The notes under the pieces: model-generated | Told to the model about the DNA's origin: nothing | Databases searched by the model: none | The model's input: only the letters and a program-made list of their open reading frames with translations | NCBI GenBank assembly: GCA_032718475.1 | Contig: JAUCBJ010009076.1 | Location: forward strand, 1 to 64,000 | Source of the DNA: Nemertoderma westbladi | Taxonomy: Eukaryota > Animalia > Xenacoelomorpha | Reading direction: 5' to 3' | Length of the DNA: 64,000 nt | In this document: piece after piece, positions 23,322 through 34,013 of the stretch | Position numbering within the stretch: the first letter of the stretch is position 1 | Layout of the letters: every line of letters begins with the position of its first letter | Translations under genes and position numbers: made by a program

Positions 23322-23617
23322 CTGACATTGCTTCGTGCGATATTGCTCTTCTACCTTATAACAAATAATGCATATAGTAGCGTGATGTCCCTCTAACAGT
23401 AGCGTAAATCGCAAATAAATCTGTTAAACTTTTGACCATCTGTAATTCTAGTCGATTAAGATATCGCGGCACCCACCGATATACTTGAAAGACAAATTCT
23501 AGAATCAGTGGTTAACGTCCCCAGACAAGTTCTGGAATAAACCGGAGCCCATCCTAAATATTAATTTAATATTTATTAAAATCTGTAAAATCCTGATCCT
23601 TTAAAATTTCTAGTCAA

Positions 23618-25225
23618 TTAAGATATCGCAGTATTTACCGATATTCTTGGAAGGACTATTTTATCCCATACGGTACTATTAATATTAACCACGTCTACTG
23701 TAGCATTATCATTATTACCTCCCCCGCCCGTACGGTCACACCAGTTTTGGGTCTGTCGTGCGGTCCCTGTAAGTGGGGTATTAATAAATGTATCCACGGC
23801 CCCTGGCTCCCCTAAAATACTCGAGCCAGTCTCGCTCTCAGACGCCCCCGCCCGCACCAGTTGCAGCTCGTGCGTGCGTCTAATCCTATGTTCCGCTAGC
23901 TCACTTTGGCGTCTCTTTAATTCCTTATGTTCTCGCTCAGCTTCTACCATTCTCCTCTCACACTCCCGCGCGTCCCGCTCAGCCAACTCTGCTACTCTCC
24001 TAGCGCTCTCCCTTCGCCTCGCTTCACGCTCCTTGCGTTCACTTTCCCGTCTCGCCTCACGCTCCTTGCGTTCCTTTTCCTCTCTCGCCTCACGCTCCCT
24101 ACACTCCCTTTCCTCTATTTAATCACACTCCCTAAGGCCTCTCAAAGCCCTTTCAGCCCTCTCTCCGGTTTCTCTAATCAATGTCGCTTCCCTCTCTAGC
24201 CGCATTCTCCCCTCCTCTAGCTGTTTATCCATTTCCCTCTGGCCTTGCTTTATCAGGTCGAAACGGCACGCAGCACCTATCTCTCTCACCAGTCTTTCTT
24301 TTACGGAGGATGTAGCAGACTTATCGGTTGTGACGGATTCCCTCCGCCTTCCCGTCCTACTAACTTTCCCCCGCCTCCCGGAACTTCCTCCGACCGACGA
24401 GGCCGAATCCTCGGGGTTAACCTCGGATTCGCCCCCTTCAGGTCCCCTCCAACCCACTAATTTTACTCCCCGGGCATCGACCAAGTATGGCCCTATGTAC
24501 ACTGACGCTACGCTAGGTTCCATACTCCCACATTCCCATAGTTCAAACAGTTCGCTGGCAACCCCTTTTGCTCTCTCCTCGGCTAGTTCTCTCTGCCCGA
24601 AGCGCATTAGATAATATAAATGTCTGTCCGACTTACCTAGTCCTGACTTTAGTTTTACCTTTTCTATCGTTTTCCCCTTTCTGGCCTCCTCTACTAGTCT
24701 CCGGGTCGCGTTGTAGGCCCGTCGAAGTCGCTCAGAAAGCCCGATGTCCTCGTCGCCGACCTCTCGTCCGTCTCTCCGGGTTCGACGTCATACCGGCGGC
24801 CCCACCGTCGCCGTTCCGGCGGGCCGTCCATCGCCCTCGGCCTGTGGCTGGCCGGCGACATCGGTACCGATTTCTCCTCCGTTTCTCCGGGTCCGGCGCC
24901 GCACCGTCAGCCCCACCGTCGCCGTTTCGGTGGGCCGCTCGTCGCCCTCGGCCTGTGGCTGGCCGGCGACACCGGTGCGTCGACCCCCGTCCCGTGTCGA
25001 CTCGTCTCCTTCTCCCTCGAGCTCGTTCTCTCTATCCTCCGACTCGATTCCCCCTCCTCTCGACTCGGCTTCTGACTCCAGACGGTCCCCCTCATCTTGA
25101 ACTTCCGGGTCGCCCGTTACCGATGGCTCCGGCGTCGTGGGCCTATACCGCCTGGTCGTGGCCTCGCGGATCGTTTGTTCTTCGTCCGGGGTCCGCGTCG
25201 GTGTTATCTCTCCCGACTGACTCAT
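23618..25225 (-). pseudogene. Decayed Gag-like ORF (BEL/Pao-type N-terminus), 536 codons in one frame with two internal stops
   Basis: Track ORFs 24788-25225, 24119-24607 and 23618-23986 share a frame. The TGA at 24788-24790 aligns to an Arg codon of the internal ~111-bp duplicate (CpG decay). VNPEDSASSVG and an E/R coiled coil resemble Pao Gag N-termini. Confidence 0.55.
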
Positions 25226-25994
25226 CTCCTTCTGCAGATTGGTGGCTGGTGGTTTAGCTAGTTAGGCCAGCAGTTGGTTTAGTTAGTTTTACAGTTTAAC
25301 TAGGGCGGCAGCTCGGTTTAGTTACTGTGACGGGATCCAGGAGGGATCCCGGTTTATCCGGTGTTAGTTCACGCGTCCCCGCCGTGTGTGAAGAGTAAAT
25401 GAAAATGAGTAAATGAGTTCGCGTCCTTCGTTGTATATAATGATCGGTATAAAGATATAGATATAGGTTGTTGTACACGGAAGGCGGGATACGGTAACTG
25501 AAGTCCCGGTCCTTCCCTAGCTAAACTATCTAACCTAAACTGGCACTAATATTGCACTGAGATAACTGAACTGATATGATTACTGCCAAGTGGCTATATT
25601 GCACGGTTGGCCTTGTTACTCTACCTAATCGATGCCTTTCCCCCCGCTGATTGGTTGATACTCTTGTTGGCGCCCTTTGGAGTGTTCCCGTTCACTCCAC
25701 CTGTTCTCTCTGGGTTAGGGGTTTGGCCCCTGACCCTCATTGTGTGCTTCTCCTTCCCATTCTTATTGGGGTGGCACGAGTTGGTTGATTACCCAATCTC
25801 GTGGCCCCCAATATTGCTTATCGGCTTAACTTTATGGGGTGTTAGCGGGATTGAATAAGCTAACAATCCTTTTAGGTTTGGTAATAGCTTTGTGACCCTG
25901 CAGTTTATGGGGCACCCGCTTTTGCGTTTTCGTCTTCCTTGCATTCACTCCTCCTTTTGTACATGGTAGTGGCAAATCTGACACACTCCCAGAG

Positions 25995-26545
25995 AAAGGG
26001 GGTGTTGTCGTCGACGCGACAGAAAGGGGAGGTGTCGTCAATGCAGCAGAAGGGGGTGGCATCGTCAACACAGTGGAAGGGGGCGGCATCGTCGGCGCGG
26101 TGGAAGGGTATGGTGTCCTCGGCGCAGCGGAAGCGGGCGGCGTCGTCAGTGCAGTGGAAGGGTATGGTGTCGTCAGCGCAGCGGAAGGGGGCATCGTCAC
26201 CAACACAGTGGAGGGGGGCGGCATCGTCAACGCAGCGGAAGGGGGCGGCGCCGTCGGCGCAGCGGAAGGGGGCGTCGTCGCCAACACGGCAGAAGGGGGT
26301 GGTATTGCCAGGGCAGCGGGAGGGGGCGGCGTCGTCAACGCAGCAGAGGGGGGCGGCGTCGCTAACACAGTGGAAGGGGGCGGCGTTGTCAGCGCAGTGG
26401 TAGGGGGCGGCGTCATCGGCGCGAGTCAGAAGGGGGCGGTGTCGTCGGCACAGCAGTAGGGGGTGTCGTCATCGACGAAGCAGAGGGGGGCAGCGTCTTC
26501 GACGCAGCGGAAGACGGCGGTGGCGTCGACGCAGCGGAACAAGGC
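25995..26545. repeat. Degenerate 27-bp GC-rich VNTR; on - it lies in a frameshifted Pro/Thr/Ser/Ala-rich ORF (26649-25832)
   Basis: Unit ~GGGGGCGGCGTCGTCAACGCAGCGGAA, giving a 9-aa period TTPPPSAAL. Confidence 0.8.
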
Positions 26546-26705
26546 GCCATCGTCAACCTGGTGGTACCATTGCATGGACTGCGCCTTGGTATCCGGCTTT
26601 TGGGGATTGGTTTTACCTTGACTGGGGTCCGGTGTATTAGAGATGGCATGTTATATGTTGTTTATACTTACAGACTTACAACTTGTGCCTGTGTCTATGA
26701 TATAT

Positions 26706-26935
26706 GGTTGGGACTCACTGCCTCTGGTGTCTTCACCATATAAGTGGATGTTGGCGACTCTGTCCTGCATCCGCCAGAGGCAGTTACCAACTGAGAAATA
26801 CGGTATACCAACAAATTGAAGGTTTATAATTAATTATAAGAGGTTGGGACTCACTGCTCCTGGTGTCTTCACCAAATAAATGGATGTAGGCGACTCTGTC
26901 CTACATCCGCCAGGGGCAGTTACCAACTGAGAAAT
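26706..26935 (+). ncRNA. Duplicated ~94-nt multi-stem RNA-like element (copies 26706-26799 and 26842-26935)
   Basis: Nested stems GTTGG/CCAAC, ACTGCCTCTGG/CCAGAGGCAGT and GGATGTAGG/CCTACATCC. Differences between copies include a compensatory T-A to C-G change. Confidence 0.5.
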
Positions 26936-28058
26936 TCCGTCGGTAGCGGTACTGCAGTATCAGTGTACGGTAGATAATCAGATAATTTCCGCCTACCTGG
27001 CAGCCTGGTGCCTGGGGCCCTGGCAGCAGTCTGATGATTAGGTAGAATTTGAAGGTTCTAGTCTGCAATCTGCACGTTGTTCTCCAGTAAGCAGGTATGG
27101 CCTAGCCTCGCTAGACCTAATTCACGCCCGGTGATGCGGTCGGGCGGTACAGCAACAGGCAGACAGGTCAGTTTAGAGATCAGATAGTCAGATAGCTGTC
27201 ATCCGCCAGCTAGGCTATGTATCCCGTCATAAACTCTCTTCTTAAACGCAGCACACTTAAACTCTTACTTTCATATCGGCTCCAACTACACGCTGTATTT
27301 ATTGTGGTATAATCGACGTTTATCTACCAAACAGTAGGTTGCCAGTCTATCTTAAAAGACTACTTTTATCCACCAAATATATAGGTTCCCGGTCTTCCTT
27401 TACAAGGCTACGTACGGCTATCCAGTCAAAATCGAAGGGGTTAGTGAGATGGGTGGTATAGGCGGGCATGAATCCACCGTAAAGTTTTAGCAGCGGTAGG
27501 CCTGCAGATGCATGTGTGAGTAGAACACAACAGACCATGTACCGGTACATTGTATGTCTCAAATCTAAACATCCTTTGATATCAATAGATAGCTATAGCA
27601 TAGCAGGGGCATACAAGTGTTAATCCTTCATGATATAGGCACAAAATAAATATGGTAGTCTATTGTTTGTTTATTTTTTTTTTTCATTTTTGTCGAATGC
27701 ATCCGGGGCTGGGGGTGAAATTTACGAAACACACAGCGACGCCTACACACCCATACATGTACCGTAAACAGGTAGGCCTCTCAAGGGATGGCAGCCTAGA
27801 CCTTATACAGACCAGGCCATAATAGGCCAACTATCTAACTACTCTCCTAACCTTGTTGTAACTTAACCAAGCGATTGACCCTATATTATTGAAACAGCTA
27901 TAGGCCTACTAGCTACTAGCCTACTCCGGGTCCCAAACAATAACTAACCAATCCATGGCCTAACCACCAGTAGTTCCACGAACGGCATTTTAGCCATTGA
28001 TTGAACGGACAGACTTATGAATAACTTTTTTGGATCCCATACACTCAAATTAACTAAC

Positions 28059-28183
28059 CATCCACGGCCAACTGTGTTTTACGGCAACAAATCCTCCTAT
28101 AATTCTTAAAATATAATCCATGTTTGGTTTCTGCACTGAGTCACCACAGTATGGAGAGTGGGGTGGTAAACTTGGAAGTGGCG
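28059..28183 (-). CDS. CUB-domain serine protease exon: linker and zymogen activation site (YCG...R|IIGG...SWPWM)
   Basis: Acceptor TTTTTTGCAG, donor GTTAGT. Phase 1 start fits the preceding exon. Classic S1A activation motif. Confidence 0.88.
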
Positions 28184-28517
28184 CTGCAAAAAATATAAAA
28201 TTATCTATAATAGGGGTATAAATATTAAATAACGATAAATTATTGGAATTACCATTAGAGGTATCAACAGTTATTCTCCAAAGCAACACAAAATCCTGTC
28301 ATGAACAACGTCTGACCTGAAACCTATTATCACCTATTATTATCAAGCTCCATGATTCATGCTTCAAGCATGACATCATAGCATGCCATCAAGTAGGGCA
28401 CTATTCTGTGCGTAATTTTTCCAGCCTTTAGTCGGATTAGAACCTGTGCCGCCAAACACTATTGTAAAACTACCTCAGGCGCTATATCCACTCGGACACG
28501 TCGACTGACGTGTCGGA

Positions 28518-30538
28518 GTGTCCGAGACTGTCAGAGAGTTCAATGACGTCCCCCAAGCAATTGTAGAGGACTCTATAGCGCCCATATTCGCAGACGATAC
28601 TGGACTGGCCCACAGTGATACGCACTCAGAAAATATATCTATTTCATTAACTAACACGATGGAAAGAGTCTCTCAATGCTGTATTGAAAACAAACTGACC
28701 ATAAACTTTGCCAAGACGGAATGCATCCTTTTGGGAACACACCAGAGAGAGGCTAGCAACTGCTCCCGAACTGGATGTCTACTGTCGCGGGAACCGCATA
28801 CCTAACCGAAAATCAGTTACCTATCTCGGGACGGTGATTAACGAAAGGTTAACTGAATGGCAATGAAGATGTAAAAGCGAGGCAACTCCCGGTTAAAGTT
28901 CCTCCATCGTAATGGGTCCGTCCTCGATCGTTCCCTACTTATTCAGCCACACCTCAACTATACGGCTTCGACATGGTTTTTCACAATCTCTATTCGGCTG
29001 CGCCAGCAACTGGAGGCCCGCCAGCGGAAGTGCGTTAGCTTTTGCTTGGGCCTCGGTCCGAGAGCCCATATCGATGCCTCAAGTTATGTGGACATAAACT
29101 GGCTTGGCTACCCCTTCAACAACGTGTAGAGGCCGTGATTCTTGCCTGGATGTACAAAATAAAACGAGGTGAAGCCCCGGAATATCTAGCAGACCTGGTG
29201 GATTTCTGGGAAACCAACCACTCCCTCAGATCAACCAACAATTGCGCATCCATTCCATTCCTCTCAGGAACACATGCTATGGTCAGAACACCTCCAGTTA
29301 CCTTGGTTCGAAGCTGTGGAACGATTTACCCAGATACATAACCAATATAAACTCCCTAATTAGCTTCCAATACAGCGTTAAGAAACACTACCTGCAAAAC
29401 ATAACTATTCAAGACGCATCGGTGTACAACAATACTTAAATCAACTAGGTATCACAGTCCCACATTTATTTATAGCCCTAGAACGCATATTCGTTATTTT
29501 TAAAAAACTTTAAATACCGGTACTTAATTTTAGATTTTTAATTTAACTATATTTAATTTTAATTTATCTATACGTGACTGCATTATCTATCATAGCTGAA
29601 TAACAACCATTTCTTCATTATTTTAATTACTTACTTACTCCATATATTTAATATACGAATTTTAATTTATCTATACGTGACTGCATTCTCTATCATAGCT
29701 GAATACCAACCATTTCTTCATTATTGTAATTACTTACTTACTCCATATATTTAATATTCGATTTTTAATTTACTCTTATTTAATTAAATTTATTATTATC
29801 CGACTAGATTGTTTATCATGGCCTAATATTATTTCTAGTGATGGAGTATTTTTTCGTATGTAATGTATTTTATTTACCATGGCTTATCCGCTAAACAGTA
29901 GGAATCTTGTCACAGGTCACACAAAAACGCCACGCCTTGTGATTATCACCTTAATTAAATGGGACCCTTATGGAAGGGAACGCGGTTCGCCGCATGAGGC
30001 TATCCCTCCAGCTTAACGTCTAGATTCCCAATTGGTGTCACTAGAGTGTAACACTAGCTATTTTTAATTAGGTAATTCCAAGTCCCTTTTAGCAAATTTT
30101 ATTTTACTAATTGCTCGCAATTAATTAATTATACAACTTGTTGTTGGTTTTTTGCAACTTGTATTGGTAGATCAACAAATAGTTATTTTAATGTTACCTA
30201 ATATTTACACTACCTATGGTACCATGTGTTATCATTTAAAGAAAGCATCAGCTATTTAATTTTAACTTACTTTCAGTTTAATGCAACAAAATTTTATTCA
30301 TATATTTAATTGGAATATCGACTTACATTGGTGATTAACTTACTTTCAGTTTAACGCAACTGTATTTAATCATATATTTAATTGTAATATCTGACTTACA
30401 TTGGTGATTTAACTTACTTTCAGTTTAACGCTACCTTTATTTAACTTAATATTTGTATTTTCTATGGTACCAGTTTTATCTATGTTACCGATTTTAACCA
30501 TGTTAATTTGGAAAAAAAAATCAATCAATCAATCAATC
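28518..30538 (+). mobile_element. Degenerate 5'-truncated CR1/L2-type LINE in the protease intron, antisense to the gene
   Basis: Frameshifted RT remnants IFADDT, LTINFAKTE, YLG, LAWLPLQQR, APEYL, LGSKLWNDLP. The AT-rich 3' UTR has internal repeats and ends A9-(TCAA)n at ~30512-30538. Confidence 0.75.
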
Positions 30539-30748
30539 TGTGAGATATGGCGAACTGTGGGACTAATAGAAAAGTTATATGACTTTCTGAAGAAGAGACT
30601 TTCAGGTACTACCATCATTGTAAATGGGGTATACTATGGAATACAGCCTTTCCAGGCTAACATAGGTATGAATTGCGATGGTACTGATTGTATTTATATA
30701 AACATCAATAATGAAGAATAATTATTGTATATATTATGTTCTACTAAC

Positions 30749-30877
30749 GTCTTGAGACGGCTTCATATCTGATACTGAAACCACGAAATTCGTCTACCGA
30801 GTCGGAATATAATTCTAATCGGGCAAAATTGTTGTTGGTCGTAAACCGAGAAAAGATGTTTGTACCGCAGAACTTTC
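30749..30877 (-). CDS. CUB-domain serine protease exon: second half of CUB domain (GKFCGTNIFSRFTTNNNFARLELYSDSVDEFRGFSIRYEAV)
   Basis: TTTCAG acceptor, GTTAGT donor, 129 nt, phase 1/1. CUB motifs GKFCG, SD, RGF..RY. Absent from the ORF track and translated by hand. Confidence 0.9.
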
Positions 30878-31037
30878 CTGAAATTGTCATAAAGGTATAA
30901 ATGGTTTACGCACATTTCGTCCACATGATATATATTTATATTTATTGTTATTTATTTTACAATAATATAGTATAGTACATTTATACACCATGACCATTAC
31001 CCGTAATACAGTGTCATTTTCTGATGATGTAATATTA

Positions 31038-31159
31038 TGATTTTGTTCACAAATGGAAAAAATGAGAATGCGCGTCACCGGGAGTTGAACCAGCGATATA
31101 CGTACGTTATGGCATATCAGGCCTCGTCAGTAGCGCTAACCAGCTAACAGCTCAACTCC
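31038..31159 (-). ncRNA. Inverted, degenerate copy of the Pol III/hammerhead element (core CUGACGA...AUAAC, probably inactive)
   Basis: Reverse complement reads GGTTAGCGCTACTGACGAGGCCTGATATGCCATAACGTACGTATATCGCTGGTTCAACTCCCGGTGACGCG...CATTTTTTCC. Confidence 0.75.
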
Positions 31160-31339
31160 ATTTTATACAATTAATATCACCTGGCAGCAATACTCGAGCT
31201 GAATATTTATTTATTTGTACTTGCCTCCTGCTTCACTCTAACAAACTTGAGGCCGTTACGTCCGCTGTTACAGATGTGATATATGCAACTTAAGATTACC
31301 TGTTCAATAGAAGTGGATTAGGTGGGAGAGTGAATATCT

Positions 31340-31460
31340 GGGGCAAGTGGCTGAACTGGTTAGCGCTACTGATGAGGCCTGATAGGCCGAAACGTACGTA
31401 TAGCGCTGGTTCAACCCCCGGTGATGCGCTCTCTCATTTTTTCCATTTCTGAACAAAACC
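31340..31460 (+). ncRNA. tRNA-like Pol III element containing a minimal type-I hammerhead ribozyme (31361-31408)
   Basis: Stem I AGCGCTA/TAGCGCT, core CTGATGA, stem II GGCC-TGATA-GGCC, GAA, stem III AC-GTAC-GT, cleavage triplet GUA ending at 31400. A-box TGGCTGAACTGG, B-box GGTTCAACCCC, T6 at 31437-31442. Confidence 0.85.
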
Positions 31461-31679
31461 ATTCTATTGCATTCTACAACTGCATTAACATTTCAAATCC
31501 AATTTCTTTTGTGATGACACAGACCCCCCCCCCCCCCCCCCCCCCATTTTTATCATATTGCTTTATTGCTAAAAAAAAGATGCTTGCTAAATTTGAATAG
31601 AGCTACTGTACCAGTAGTTGAAGGATAGGTGATGAATTTACAACAATAATCCGTTTATTATTAATAACCATTTTTATAC

Positions 31680-31896
31680 CTATGTATAGATGGCCATCAT
31701 AGAATTTGACTCCATCATAGCGGCATTGACCATCGGGAGCACCTCGGCTGTAAGATTCTTCAGTGATAAAGTCGTCCACGTATATGTTTATGACCATTTC
31801 CGGAGGAACAACAATCTCGTAAACACAATCAGAATACGATTGATATTGCTCCGGATAATTTAATGTTTTTATGATTCCAGAAAAATTGTCGAACAA
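31680..31896 (-). CDS. CUB-domain serine protease exon: first half of CUB domain
   Basis: FSGIIKTLNYPEQY...DCVYEI...FITE...CRYDGVKFYDG. TTTTTTAG acceptor, GTATAA donor, 217 nt ending in phase 1. Upstream exons unresolved. Confidence 0.88.
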
Positions 31897-33269
31897 CTAA
31901 AAAATTAAATTAAATTAAGGCGGTAATAACTATATTTACATCATTGTGTGAAAATGGTGCACAATTCAGTGTATATGCCCCTTGGATATTTGCTTAAACC
32001 TCCCTCACTGTGCTGTGCTCGCTCGTTACATAAATACTCTCTGCCAAGTCATCTGAACTCTTAAACAATTTTTTTAAATATTGAGATGTTTACGAATATT
32101 AATGAAATACATAATACATCCTTTTTAAGAAATTAATTTCATTTAGGCCTAATACAACAACTAAACGGAAATAATCTTACACTTAACCTGGCTAAAAATG
32201 TTTTGTAAATTTTTTAAGTAATTTCCGAAAGTATACATACATACTTACTCATCCTTACAGTTATTCATAAACATTATATTGTTGAGGCTGCCTAATATGG
32301 AAACAATATGTAATTGGCTTAAAAAAAAATTCAAAATTTTTTTTAAGATTACAGTTCTCGTCTCCTTTTAATAAACTTTAAAACGTCTCTCAATGCAATC
32401 TTATAAAGTGCTAAATTATAATCTTGGATTTAGTACAGGTCTTATGAGTAATTGCTGGTCAGAAAACTCGACACCCCCATGCGGGACAAAGGAGATGCCA
32501 TCTGTGGCTGGTTGCATAAACTCTCTTACTAAGGGCATAATATGGACCTTAACTAGTACCCCTTCGTTCTGAGATGACTCCTATGTTCTGGGGGGTTAAG
32601 GACCCATATACTCGGCTGCAGGGGTTTATGCCATGAACAATGTTACAATTAGATTGATATTGAACAATCTACCAAATGGTTAATCAGGAGTAGAGCTCTC
32701 TAATCATTTCCCATTTAAGTGCACTCAACTAATGCTACCAGCACCTGGTACAGTGGTTCAGGGTATGGCCCATCGTATGAGCTGCATAGCCAATGGTGGC
32801 TCATCAGGGTTGGTGTGGGTGATGGGTAGGTATGGGTGATGGGCCTCATATCTGACTCAACTGCGACACCCGCACTGTGGAGTGGCAAACCAGGGTGTCG
32901 TATTTGTCCCGAGAGCTGTCTCGGCAAAAGAGGCACCCCCTAACCCCCACTATGGATGATATTTTAGTAACGCGGAGGTCCGGCCACTAGAGGCTAATGG
33001 ATTTACCAGACTCAATTGGCCTCACAGGCGTCAGTTATCTCCTGAGCTGTCTTCACCGAACTGGGGGTAGCATCTCAACGTATAGTAGTAATGGTAATCT
33101 ATAGTGGGGCAATTTTTGTGCAACGGTGTCTACTTAGTAAATGTGTATACAATTAGGCACAAAGTATCAGGCAACTTTTATGAAATTTTTATTAGTCAAT
33201 AAAATTTAAAACTATTTATAATAAACCTAAACAATTTTCATAAATTTTCAGCGCCACCTAGCGACGCAG

Positions 33270-33430
33270 TAATGAGTCGTTATCGAAATGGTTTGAGCGC
33301 AAGACATCCGACCTGGAGGTCACCAGTTCGATCCCACCTGGATATCAGCGAAATGCCTGAACTAGCTGATAAGACTAAATGTGCCGGGTCAGTTCGTGTT
33401 AGATTAGTGTCAGTACGTTAGATCAGTAGG
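33270..33430 (+). mobile_element. Possible degenerate tRNA-derived SINE head
   Basis: AATGGTTTGAGCGC...GAGGTCACCAGTTCGATCCC resembles A/B boxes. Confidence 0.35.
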
Positions 33431-33446
33431 TAGTGTCGGTTAATCA

Positions 33447-34013
33447 GGAGTCCGGACAATTGCGACCCGGTCAATTGCGACCCATGTATTTAAATAAAGA
33501 TTATGGGTCGCAATTGTCCGGGTCGCAATTGACCGGGTCGCAATTGTCCGGGTCGCAATTGTCAATGATATACAATAATACAATGATATACAATAATACA
33601 ATGATATTTATCAATGATATACATTACATCTTTTTATCTGGATCCGGACAATTGCGACCCGGTCAATTGCGACCCATGTATTTAAATAAAGATTATGGGT
33701 CGCAATTGTCCGGGTCGCAATTGACCGGGTCGCAATTGTCCGGGTCGCAATTGTCAATGATATACAATAATACAATGATATACAATAATACAATGATATT
33801 TATCAATGATATACATTACATCTTTTTATCTGGATCCGGACAATTGCGACCAGGACAATTGCGACCAGGACAATTGCGACACGGACAATTGCGACCCGGT
33901 CAATTGAGACCCATCAATTTTTTCTAAAATCATGGGTCGCAATTGACCGGGTCGCAATTGTCCGGGTCGCAATTGTCCGGGTCGCAATTGTCCAGGTAGC
34001 AATTGTCCTAACA
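33447..34013. mobile_element. MITE-like element of inverted 15-bp GGACAATTGCGACCC repeats, internally repeated with a 192-bp period, flanked by direct repeat TCGGTTAATCA
   Basis: Direct repeat at 33436-33446 and 34014-34024. Modules start at 33451, 33643 and 33835. Confidence 0.75.

Noticed and set aside
31991-32290. Possible small upstream exons of the CUB protease (~32043-31991, ~32291-32259)
   Set aside because: Phases can be made to fit, but the splice sites are weak and the peptides are unrecognisable.
32770-32815. Minus-strand CTGATGA followed by stem GCCA-CCAT-TGGC
   Set aside because: It lacks the GAAA core after stem II. Similar incomplete matches at ~15627 and ~47277 were also rejected.
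32410-33070. GC-richer island that may be a retroelement 5' fragment
   Set aside because: I could not confirm coding motifs, termini or a ribozyme fold by eye.
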